Shown here: positions 12,180 through 24,358 of the stretch, piece after piece
How positions within the stretch are numbered: the first letter of the stretch is position 1
How the letters are laid out: the number at the start of each line of letters is the position of its first letter
NCBI RefSeq assembly: GCF_006345805.1
Contig: NC_043009.1
Location: forward strand, 3,348,001-3,412,000
Origin: Octopus sinensis
Lineage: Eukaryota
Reading direction: 5' to 3'
DNA: 64,000 nt
The notes under the pieces: model-generated
What the model was told of the DNA's origin: nothing
Databases searched by the model: none
Seen by the model: only the letters and a program-made list of their open reading frames with translations
Program-made: the position numbers and the translations under genes

Positions 12180-12657
12180 TTATATATAATTAATATAGGA
12201 TAAAATTATTTTCGGGAAAAATTTTTTGTCTATGGCCAGCATATCAAAAAATGCCTTTAAAGGTAAAATTTATACATAATTTACAAGATAACGGCAGAAG
12301 AATTTTTCTTCTGCATACATAAATATATACATACATATACACACCATACATATATCTATATATATATATATGCACACACACATATATAAATAGATGCACA
12401 TGCACATACGTAAACCCAAGGCGACTCTTCTCTACTTAGTAACCTATAAACATCTATCTATCTATCTATGTATATATCTATCTAACTAACTATTTATCTC
12501 TTTAATCTTAATTATATGTACATATATATATGTATATATATGCATATATATGTATGTATGTATATACAAATCTGTGTGTGTGCCTGTGCATACATAAATA
12601 TATGCATACATATACACACGCATATACCTATATATATATGCACACACACTTACACAA

Positions 12658-12689
<32 letters not shown>

Positions 12690-13523
12690 ACATATATATA
12701 TATACATAGATGCACATACATATACGCAAATCTAAGAATGAGTATGTTTTGACACCTACATGCATATTAAGTACGTATCGATTGATCAGTCACTTCCACT
12801 TAAAAGAAGCATCACTAAATTTACGTCTTGCTAAGAGGAAGAGGAAGGGGAAGAAAACAGTAAAGATGGCCAATTAGTAATGAGCAGAGATGACATGCTC
12901 TCGAGGTGAATGGGGAGAAGTGTAAGAAACCGAAAGACTTATAAGTGTTTCAAAGAGACGTTGTGAAAAGATGTGAAGATGGACGTCTTGACGATGGGTT
13001 TTTACGGCCCGGCATCAAAATACTATTCGCTTCGTCCTTCAAAATTATAGAATTCACAAATGCAAATTGCATACACTGTATTATCATACAGGGACTGTTA
13101 ATTTCGGAGCCTCTGAAAGAACTGAAGAATTCGTCTGTTAGTGCTGAAGAAAGAGGCGCTCAGTCTTCCAAATCAAACGTAATTACATGATCGTTGTAAT
13201 GAGGCAGAAAGAAAATAATGTACGAGGATATTGATGTGGTCAAAGTAGATATGGCGGAGGGGAAAAAAAGATGTGAATGCGTCGCGTATTGAAGGTCGTT
13301 AAATGAAGTACCAGTTAAACACTGAGGTCGATGAAATCGACTTATCCCCCATTTCCCACAAAATTGCTGTCCTTGTGGTAACATTTGTAATCATCATCTT
13401 TTCGGGGTCGATAAAATAAGTGCCGGTTGAATACTGAAGTGGATGTTTTTGACAAGCTCCCTCTCGCCCGATCTTGCTGACCTTGTGCCAAATCTAGAAA
13501 CTATGATTATTATTCATATCCAC

Positions 13524-13540
13524 AGCAGCAGCAATAATAA

Positions 13541-13580
<40 letters not shown>

Positions 13581-13642
13581 TTAGGTGGTGGTAGTAGTAG
13601 TAGTAGTTGTAGTAGTAGCAGCAGCAGCAGTAGTAGTAGTAA

Positions 13643-13702
<60 letters not shown>

Positions 13703-13720
13703 CAGCAGCAGCAGCAGCAA
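13524..13720. repeat. (AGT)n/(AGC)n microsatellite
   Basis: Direct inspection; explains the poly-Ser and poly-Leu ORFs. Confidence 0.97.
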
Positions 13721-13894
13721 ACGCTTTAGCAACATGCTAGTACCAACCGACAGATCCGCTGGTTGACTTTGAGTATTCTTTGAAAATTAATTGATGCGAG
13801 TGATCCACGCTCACTCTTTGTGTTGCTGAAGTCAATTCTTTATCTATAAAATTATCCTTAGATCTCGGTCTCTCTCATTTTCCATACATATGTG

Positions 13895-13961
<67 letters not shown>

Positions 13962-15133
13962 TACTGGATAGTAATACAGGCAGATCAAACAAACACACGT
14001 GATTCTAAATTTCAGTAGCACGTAGTGAAAGGAGACGTATGCTGACACATATACATTATATGCATATATAAATTTTATGCGCAGATTCATGTATGTATGT
14101 TATGTGTGTGCGTGAGTGTATACATCAATAGATGGACGCACGTATGTATATATACAACCAGTGAGACACAGCCGCATTCACAATTAACGAAGTATCATTA
14201 CAAAACTAAGTCCAATGCTATTAATTGCAATTTGTTCAGCTGTCTATTAACAGAATCTTTATTAATTGTATTCTTGTATGCGTATGCGATTTGCCATGCA
14301 AGGTCGCTTCTCGACTGTTTAGCAAGATACACTCCATTAGGATTGTGATAAAAGATATGGTTTTAATTAAAGTGACATTGCACACGATAACATCCTAACC
14401 TATCCTACGGCAATTAGAAAATTTCTTTATCATGACGTATCGCTTGCAACTATAACTAGAAAACCAATCTACTTAAAGTGTCTTGTCTATACTGCCGCAC
14501 AATGAATAACCGGAAAAAAAAGATTTACAAATGATATATTTATTTATTTATTTATTTAATTATTTTCTATTTAAAAATCCATTCGAACGAATAACGTATA
14601 GAATTCGATATTTTTAACTGAAATCAGGTGATATCTAAGACTGTGTTAATGAGATTGACTCAGAATTTCAGAGGTTGTGATCTGGATATTGATCTCTTTC
14701 GATAGGTATTTCAATGTGGCGGAGGCATCGAAGTACGCGAATATTTTAATCATTAATAAATAAATAAAAAAATATTCTCAAAAGTTGTGTTTCTTCGTTT
14801 TCCATGCAGTGATAATATTCCCCTCACGAAGACTACGTACGAAGTATTTAGAGAAGAAAATGCATAAAGATATACAAATGTGAATGTTTAATCTACAAGT
14901 ATTTGATAATTGCTTTAGCTACATCACTGAAATTATTTTGGCTCAATCGTTCATATCAATCGATATAACATGCATATATAATATATTATATTATATATAT
15001 ATATATATAGATATATATATATATATTACAATGTACATATCTATCTATCCATCCACCTATCCTCTATCTATCTATCATCTATCTATCTATCTATCTATCT
15101 ATATCTATCTATCTATCTGTCTGTCTGTCTGTA

Positions 15134-15164
<31 letters not shown>

Positions 15165-15200
15165 ATATCTATCTTATCTACCTATATATACATGGTAGTA

Positions 15201-15274
<74 letters not shown>

Positions 15275-15275
15275 G

Positions 15276-15315
<40 letters not shown>

Positions 15316-16159
15316 ATATATATATTTAATAATAGTGGCTTGATATCAATTTTACAACCAAAAGACAAAATATATACGTCAATAAATCGACTGAGGGGGC
15401 TGTTTAGGAACCAGTCTTGCCAGAAATAAAAGACAAAAAGCAACTGATAGCCACAACAACGCACTGTGTTTGATATATGTGTGTGTGCGTGTGTGTGTGT
15501 GTGTGTGTGTATGTGTCTGTATGCGCACGCGCGTGAAGCCATGACTGTGTTTGTTTCTCAACCACCGCTCGACAATTAATCTAGCTGAGTTCAGATCTCC
15601 GTAACTTAGCGTATCGGCATAGAGATCGATAGAATAAGAATATATTTAGACCAATTTTTTCGCATGCACTAATTTTCATTATTTAAACATGGCAAACACA
15701 ATAGAATAGTAATTGTAGGTTGCAATTATTGAAAAGCCTGTTATTCTTCCGCAAACACTATAAAGTATATGTTTTCATCAAATACCTTCTGTTGCAAGTA
15801 CTTGTAATTATGAATATAAGAAGAATTGTTTTCATAATATTATATTAATCTTATATGGAATGTTTGCACAGCACATAGCTCGGTAGTCACTGCTTGATAT
15901 ATCATGAAACAGTTTTTGTCCTACGCTACTGAGTATTATTTCTGTAAAAATTAAACTATATTAACAAAAATATAATTAGCAAAAAAAAAAAAGGATTATA
16001 AAGGGCTGGACACTATATTTTGTGAGGGATATTTTTATTAAGGCACAAACAAACAAAAAAACCTTCATCTTTGATTATTATGTTGCACTTCAATCGAATA
16101 TTCGATTATATACCACGAAATGTTGGAACATCAAATTTTAATAGTTTTCTGAAATCCTC

Positions 16160-16860
16160 TTTACCCATACGTACATGCTTTCTTTCTCACTGAGTTTCCG
16201 GGTTGTGAAAGGCAATTCCGACCTTCCAAAAACGAACTGAAATGATTATTCACTCCCAATACCGATGTGAATGTCTTGAAGCATATGCGACAGAAGCGAA
16301 TTGTATCCTCCATTGGATAGACCGGATCACTTTGTGAGAGATGATTTCACTGAACCGATCAGAAATTGATTTGAGGGTATTTTCATACACTACACCATTT
16401 GAATCGCTCGTTCCAGAAGGAAGACCTGACTTGAAGTTGAATATTTCATAAGACCCAAGAAAGTCGATATATCCAGCCTTAGGATGACTTGCATGATCTC
16501 CCGCTTCACACTTCCAGCAATTTTATATTCTCAATGAGTTTTCGATGACAGACTCTCTGAATCTAGCGCATTAAACTTCGTGCTCAAGAGGACCCACTAC
16601 AAAACTTTTGCACACATTCCTCGCATACTTACTCCCCGGAGCTCTTTGCAAAGCAAGTTCTCACTTCCTTACATTTGTCGGCATTTCCGTCAGGTTGTCC
16701 TTTATACAGATTTTGTAACGTTTATGTGGTTTAAGCTGCGAACACTTTCCACGCAGCCTACTGCAGAACAGCTTCTGTCAAATACTAGTATTTTTCATTC
16801 CCATCATATGGCCTGCCCATGTGAGAAGAAAGGATGTGTGATAGGATACGACCATATAGA
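16160..16860 (-). mobile_element. Degenerate RTE-clade LINE 3' fragment
   Basis: Minus-strand translation gives WAGHMMGMKN...KPHKRYK...DNL (RTE RT C-terminus-like), followed by zinc-finger-like CWKCE... and FCRICFKTFTSVLGVNNH; stops and frameshifts present. Confidence 0.6.
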
Positions 16861-16944
16861 ATAGATGTGCTTAACGTGTAGTATAGTTATAGCGAACGTC
16901 ACCATATGACTCTAAGACGAACGTCACCTTGACATTTGATATTG

Positions 16945-17125
16945 ATTTTAAATTTTGGCCAACAAGTCAGGGGACGTGCTCAGCTGGTACTTATTTTATC
17001 GACCCTGAGAGGATGAAACGCAGAGTCACCTTGGCGAAAATTGAACCCAGAACGTAAAGAGAGACGAAAATCTGCTAAGTATTTTGTCCTATCGGCCAAC
17101 GATTCCGCCAGCTCAACGCCTTATT
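16945..17125 (-). mobile_element. tRNA-derived SINE family C copy
   Basis: Family core (...CTTTCATCCT...GGTCGATAAA...AGTACCAG); near-TSD TTGACATTT(G/A)ATATTGA on both sides. Confidence 0.75.
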
Positions 17126-17160
17126 TTGACATTTAATATTGAAAAACCAAATATAAATAA

Positions 17161-17580
17161 CTATTTCTACTCTAGGCACAAGGCCTTAAAAATTTTGGTG
17201 GGAAGAGTGATAGACGATTATATCGACCCTAGTGCATAACAGGTACTATTTAATTGACTCCGGAAGGATGAAAGGCAAAGTCAATCTTAGCGGAATTTGA
17301 ACTCAGAACGTAAATACAGACAAAATACCGCTAAGCATTTCTTATTTCTTTACTACCCACAAGGGGCTAAACATAGAGGGGACAAACAAAGACAGACAAA
17401 GGGATTAAGTCGATTACATTGACACTAGTGCTTAACAGGTACTTGATTTATCGACTCCGAAAGGATGAATGGTATAGTCGACCTCGCTGGAATTTGAACT
17501 CAGAACGTAACAGCAGACAAAATGCAGCTAATCATTTCGCCCGGCATGCAAACGTTTCTGCCAGCTCACTGCCTTCAAGT
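17161..17580 (-). mobile_element. SINE family C dimer (head-body-tail2-body-tail1)
   Basis: Two bodies with different tails; single TSD AAATATAAATAA at 17149-17160 and 17581-17592. Confidence 0.8.
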
Positions 17581-17607
17581 AAATATAAATAATATCATCA
17601 TTATGTG

Positions 17608-17899
17608 TGGAGACACATGACCTAGTGGTTAGAGCAGTGGACTTCCAGTCGTGAGATCGAATCTAGGTCCGGGCGATGAGTGTTTATGAGCGAAACACTT
17701 AAGCTCCACGCGGCTCCGGCAGAAGGTAATGGCGAACTTTTGCTGACTCTTTTGCCACAAATTTCTCTCACTCATTCCTCCTGCATCTTGCAGCTCACCT
17801 GCGACGGACCGGCGTCCCGTCCAGGTGGGTAACCTATACGCCAAGGAAACCGGAAAACCGGCTCTTATGAGACAGGCATGGTTCGAAAAGGAAGAAACA
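17608..17899 (+). mobile_element. tRNA-derived SINE, head family D
   Basis: A-box-like TGACCTAGTGG. The head segment GAGTGTTTAT..GAGCGAAA..AAGCTCCACG is shared with 49642-49953 and 59314-59687. Confidence 0.75.
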
Positions 17900-18523
17900 A
17901 ATCATCATGTGTAATAAAAAGTTTGGCATGCTAGTAAAATTCTATTTCGAATCCTTCGTCTCGTGAAATCTTGTTTTTTTTTTTCGTATAACGCAGATGC
18001 AGTTTATATATAGCATTTTATAGAAATTAGTAAATTACTTACGTAGCGATTTTCCAGTAAATTATTTTTTTCGCAGGGTGAGAGGCGGTTTACTAATTAT
18101 TGTTAAGTTATATTAACTTAATGAATATTGATTCTTTTGGCTTAGACTTTCATAATTATCTTTTCATCGATTAATGAATGGACATATTATCTGCGCTCGG
18201 TAAATTAATAAAAATATACTCTTAATTGATTGACGCTCTATATATTTCTGTTCGATCAAATATTTGCTATTTTTTGATATAGCTGCAAAATATTTACACC
18301 TTTTCAAATGAAACCCAGTCAGATACACCCATATATGCCTGCGCAGAAAGATAGATACATTAGTATAGGTGATGCTTTCTTACAATCTTTAATTATAATA
18401 ATTTTTCTATTAATATTTTCATATTTTTGTTTATTCACCAATTATTTACAAAATATGTCTGCAATGTACAGACTTTGTTGGCATAAATTGTAACCCAATT
18501 ACAGAAAATAATTTGAATTCCAG

Positions 18524-18580
<57 letters not shown>

Positions 18581-18841
18581 GTGTATGTGTGTGTGCGTGT
18601 TTGTGTGTGTTAAAGGGAGAAAAAGAGACAGAGAAAGAAAGAGTGAATGTGTGTGTGTGTGTATGTATACATGAACGCGTTTCATAATTTACTTAATTAT
18701 TTGTCTGCAAAGTTATATAATTGTTTGCATATAGACAGATAAACACATGTGTAGATATACGTATGCATATACATGTGCTGTTTGTGTGTATCTACATGTG
18801 CGCAGGTGTTCGCATGCGTGTAAGGGAGAATGTGTGTGCGA

Positions 18842-18895
<54 letters not shown>

Positions 18896-19339
18896 TTATC
18901 TATGTGTATATATACATATTTCCTGCTTACATATTTATTATTAGTAATATTTATACGTACACAATTATATAGACATATAAATATGTGCATATATATATAT
19001 AAACATATATGCATACATATATGTATACATATATGGATGTGTTTGAATGTATGCATGTATTAGGATCTCACATCGTCAGGAACGTGTTATTTTGAAACCT
19101 GTGTGTTCTATAGTTTTGTAAGATTTCATATTCACTGATATTATTAGTTAACTCTCTTTCTAGACAAAACATTGTCTGAAACGTTTGTATTTTGACTGCT
19201 TTCATGAAGAATCGCAGTTTATCTAAAGTTTATAGTCATTACATTAAATAAATATTTTTGCTTATTATATTAGATATGAGACTTACATGTATTTAACATG
19301 CCGAACGGTACCCTGCGTGATATTGCTGTTAGAAATAAT

Positions 19340-19762
19340 CCTTTCTTCTGTAGGCACAGGGTTTGAAATTTGGAGGAAGGTATTAAGTCGATTACATCCA
19401 TCCCAATGCATAACTAGTATTTATTTAATCGACCCCGAAAGGATGAAATTTAAAGCCGATCTCGGCGTAATTTGAACCCAGAACGTAGTAACAGATGAAA
19501 TACCGCAAAGCGTTGTGTTAAAGTTTCTGCTAGCTCACTGCCATGATACCAGATTTTGCCACAAGGGTAATTTGGGGGAGGGTATTAAATTAGATTACAT
19601 CGATCCCAGTGCGTAACTAGTACTTATTTAATCGACCTCGAAAGGATGAAGGGCAAAGTCGACCTCGGCGGGATTTGAATTCAGGACGTAGTGACAGACG
19701 AAATATCGCTAAGCATTGTGACTGGCGTCCTAACTATTTTGCCAGCTCGCAGCCTTGTTGCT
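19340..19762 (-). mobile_element. Two tandem SINE family C copies
   Basis: The family core occurs twice (~19430 and ~19630). Confidence 0.75.
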
Positions 19763-20261
19763 GTTAATAATAATAAAACCCTTACATTTTCTCTAACTCC
19801 CCTCTCTCTGTTTCTTTCTATTTCATCCATTTTCTTTCTCCAAATCAAGTACGCATGCGTGACGGAACTTGAGAATGCCGAAACTTGCCTGTCAGGCAAG
19901 CGGCCTACCTGCACTCTTGATTTTTAAATGTTTCAACTTTTCAGTGATTTTCTGTTTTTGCTATATTATTATATTTCTTCGTTATTGCTTTGCTAATTTA
20001 AACACCGACAGAAAGATTTTTCTCTATTAAATGCTTGGATAATTCACAGTTAATGAAAGTTTTGCGCTTATTACATTCCATATATTCGCCTGATAGATTT
20101 CCCATGATATTTTGTATATATTATTATATAAAATGTCAAAGCACGAGCCAGATTCGTGTTGTTGTTGTTATTGTTGTTATTCTTTATATTAATATTATTT
20201 TTCTTATAGATTTTCTATTATTGTTATCCATGGCCTTATTATCATTGGCATTGCTATCATC

Positions 20262-20336
20262 ATCGTCGTCGTCATCATCATCATCATCATCATCTTCATC
20301 ATTATCATCAACATCCTCCTCCTCATAATAATAATA

Positions 20337-20373
<37 letters not shown>

Positions 20374-20432
20374 TATTATTATTATTATTATTATTATCAT
20401 CATCATCATCATTACTATTATTATTATTATCA

Positions 20433-20478
<46 letters not shown>

Positions 20479-20666
20479 CATCATCATCATCATCATCATC
20501 ATTACTATTATTATTATTATCCTCATTATTATCATCATCATTATTACTATTATTATTATTATTATTATTATATTATTATTATTATTATTATTATTATCAT
20601 CATCATAATCATTACTATTATTATTATTATCATCATTATTATCATTATTATTATTATTTATTATTA

Positions 20667-20711
<45 letters not shown>

Positions 20712-20731
20712 TATTATTATTATTATTATTC
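20262..20731. repeat. Long compound (ATC)n/(ATA)n/(ATT)n microsatellite
   Basis: Direct inspection. Confidence 0.97.
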
Positions 20732-21389
20732 ACTGCAAAATACATAAGACGTCTTTTCAAACGCTCCAGGATGCTACAGCTTAAAACATCTATTCACTCC
20801 GGTTTGGTGTTTTTCTGGCATTATTTATTTTATTCCAAGTCATCAATAGAAACACCACGAAGCTGTTACTGGTTTCCTCCGGTCGTTTACCTATATTCGG
20901 CCCACGAAATAAGTTTGATGGGCATATTATTTATGATGGCGCGGCATGTCTTGAAAACGTCGAGAAAAAAGAAAACAAACCCTCCTATGAATCTGGTGAC
21001 TGCTGAAGTTTTCCTTCCCCTTTCCTCTGTTACTGGCAACAATACAGGAGAAGGGGAGAAGGAAACCGAGACTGTGAGAGGACAATGTCCATCTCATAGT
21101 AACAGTAGTTGTAACAGTAACAGCAACAGTGGTAGCAGTGACAACCACGTCAGTTGCAACACAAACAGCAGCAGCAATAGCAGCAACAATAGCAATAGTA
21201 ACAACAGCAGCAACGAGAACATTTCCAAAGACAAAAGTACGTTCGCGGCAGCACCAGCGAAAAGGAGTTAAGCTTTACCGCGGACTTCACAAATAGAGAT
21301 GAAGTGTTCACGCGGGCATGGAAACTGACTAAACAAGAAAAAATATGGACCAACCTAACTATTTCCATTAAAAGCAATAGAAGCAGTGG

Positions 21390-22277
21390 AGAGAAGAACG
21401 GTGATTTTCAGATGCATCTCAGCAGAGAAGAAAAGAGCGGCTTTAATAGCCCAAGTAAATATTGAAGCGGTGCAGAGGTACATCAGAAATAACATCGAGG
21501 ACACAGCGAGGGAAAACAATATCTGTCATGTACGTCAACAACAAAATGAAACCATTGATCATGTTGTCTCCAAGTGCAGTCTTCTTGCACCTACAGAGTA
21601 TCTCAACAGGCATGATAGAGCTGCACAATATATTCACTGGGTAATTTGCAAAAGCCTGGACTTGCCCCATAATAAAAACTGGTGGAAATACAAACCACCT
21701 CCAGTTATTGAAAATGATCACATCTCACTCCTCTGGAACTTCATCATTCAAACTGACAGAAAGATAAATGCGAATAGACCTGACATCATATTGAAAAACT
21801 TCAGACAAAAATCATGCCTCCTCATTGATATGACTGTCCCAATCGATATAAACGTATCTGTCGAGACCAACCCAAAACTGAGCAAGTATAAAGAAATAGA
21901 AAGTAGCAAAATGGGAAGCCTGATGACAAAAACAATACCTGTTGACATAGGTGCCCTGGGAATGATATCAAAAGGGGTTGATTGCTACCTAGCACAGACA
22001 CAAAGAAACTCCAAATTGGCAGAAATTCAAAAGATAGGGCTCATGGGAGCTGCTCATATCCTACGCAAACTACTTTCTCTGTAATCTCAAGTTTTAAAAC
22101 AAACACAATTTTCTTATGGTTTCTTAAACATTCTCCCGAACACTATGTACAAAACCAAATATATGGCACCCTAGGCACCCTAGGCATAACAATAACATGA
22201 ACTTCTATCTTGTTGTCTCTTAAGGTCTCTGGGTGAGATTTGGAGCCAAATTGTACAAATTTAAAGTCAACCACAAC

Positions 22278-22278
<1 letters not shown>
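21390..22278 (+). mobile_element. R4/Dong-clade non-LTR retrotransposon 3' fragment (zinc knuckle + restriction-like endonuclease + 3' UTR)
   Basis: ORF 21386-22084: CHVRQQQNETIDHVVSKC...YLNRHD, WNFIIQTDRKINANRPDII...LIDMTVP, KLSKY, IGALG, QKIGLMGAAHILRK. Followed by (TAA)n at 22279-22352. Confidence 0.85.
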
Positions 22279-22352
<74 letters not shown>

Positions 22353-22370
22353 CATATATATGTATGAGTG

Positions 22371-22444
<74 letters not shown>

Positions 22445-22965
22445 ACATAAGACGGCGAGCTGGCAGAACAGTGAGCACGCCGGACAAAATGTTGAGCGGT
22501 ATTATTAATAAGTTGTGGTCGACGCAAATGTGAATTTGCTAATTGAAGTTGTGTTACGGCGTTTGAGGGAAACTTTATTTTCAGACGTATGGTAAGTCAC
22601 GCTATTCATTAACACACGTGGTATTTAGGGGAGCCAGTGTTTTAACATACAAAGTTCGTCCGGTTCAAAATTTTGTTATATACAGATATTGTATGCTACT
22701 TAATGACGAAAACAGGGAACAGTGTCACGTGAACAAATTCCTTCCTTGGAATTTGTCCCAGTGACATGTCATGTGACATTAGTCCAAAAGTAAGTTACAA
22801 TGACTTGCTTTCTGATAGCTACGTTTATTAAATTGTAACAACCGAGAATTACAGGCGACTTTCTAGACACTATTTCTACTGCAAAAATGAACTTCGAAAA
22901 CTGGAAAATAGAACGCACGTTTAGTAAGGTGGCTGTATTTTTACGCGCTTAATTAAAAAAAAAAG

Positions 22966-23285
22966 ACTCCGCCGGTTACGACGACGAGGGTCCCAGCTGA
23001 TACGATCAACGGAACAGCTTGCTCGTGAAATTAACGTGCAAATGGCTGAGCATTCCACAGACACGTGTACCCTTAACGTAGTTCTCGGGGATAATCAGCG
23101 TGACACAGAGAGTGACAAGGCTGACCCTTTGAAATACAAGTACAACTCATTTTTGCCAGCTGAGTGGACTGGAGCAACGTGAAATAAAGTGTCTTGCTCA
23201 AGGACACAACGCGTCGCCGGGAATCGAACTCACAACCTTACGATCATGAGCCGAATGCCCTAACCACTAAGCCACGCGCCCTCAC
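22966..23285 (-). mobile_element. tRNA-derived SINE family A
   Basis: tRNA-like head with GAGTTCGATTCCC B box, central TCCTTGAGCAAGACACTT domain and tail GTCGTCGTAACCG; TSD CGCTTAATTAA (22946-22956 and 23287-23297). Confidence 0.88.
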
Positions 23286-23603
23286 ACGCTTAATTAATCC
23301 CCTGAAAGCTAGCGCTGTGTGAAAATTGGAGTGAAATGTATAGCTTAATCTAATGTTTCAATAAGTTGTTTCTTATACATAGGAATACTTCGCCCCTTTA
23401 TTTGTTTTAAGAGAGGAAAATTCACACGTAAATAAACACACACCTACCCATGAAAACATAAATGCAAATTATATATACATTAAATAAGGTAAAACCGCTG
23501 ACATTAAACGGATATGCTTATACACACTTGCACTCACATATATGAATATGTATATGTTTGTATGTATATATACATACATACATACATATAAATATAAATA
23601 TAA

Positions 23604-23638
<35 letters not shown>

Positions 23639-23699
23639 ATGTGTGTGTGTGTGTCTACGTATGTATGTATATATCCATTTAGAAATGTATAATCGAATC

Positions 23700-24075
23700 T
23701 GTGACAGTGTGGTAAATAGTGTATGGTTCCGGGTTTAGTCTGCCGTAACCTGGGCCCACAAAACCTTGACAGTGGATTCGACAGACGGAATCTGAAAGAA
23801 ATTAATCATACACACACACACACACACACACATACACATGTATAAATACTCATACATACATACGTCTGTGTGTGTGTGTGTGTGTGTGTGCATTTTTTAA
23901 TCCCTGCTACTTCACAATCGGCGTTGGTTTGTTTACTGGTTTGGCTGAAGAGACAGACAGAATGCATTCCGGATTTAGAACAATAAGTACTAATGTCAAT
24001 TCGTTTGACGAAAGTTCTTGAATTCAGTGCCCCAGTATGACCGCAGACTAATGGCTGAAACAAGAAAAGGAAAGA
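23700..24075 (+). mobile_element. Degenerate SINE family B with internal microsatellite
   Basis: Head (GTGTGGTAA...GACGGAATCTGAAAGAA), then (CA/TG)n, then tail ending GGCTGAAACAAGAAAAG. Confidence 0.6.
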
Positions 24076-24112
24076 AGTAGTATATAATTGTTTACATATA
24101 TATATATATATA

Positions 24113-24327
24113 TTCCTTTACTACCCACAAGGGGACAAACAAGGACAGACAAACGGATTAAGTCGATTACACCGACCCCAGTGCGTAACTGGTACTTAAT
24201 TTATCGACCCCCGAAAGGATGAAAGTCAAAGTCGACCTCGGCGGAATTTGAACTCAGAACGTAACGGCAGACGAAATGCGGCTACGCATTTCGCTCGGCA
24301 TGCTAACGTTTCTGCCAGCTCGCCGCC

Positions 24328-24329
<2 letters not shown>
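24113..24329 (-). mobile_element. SINE family C monomer with Tx1-like tail
   Basis: Head GGCGGCGAGCTGGCAGAAACGTTAGC through tail CCCCTTGTGGGTAGTAAAG; TSD TTGTTTACATATA... at 24088 and 24330. Confidence 0.85.
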
Positions 24330-24358
<29 letters not shown>

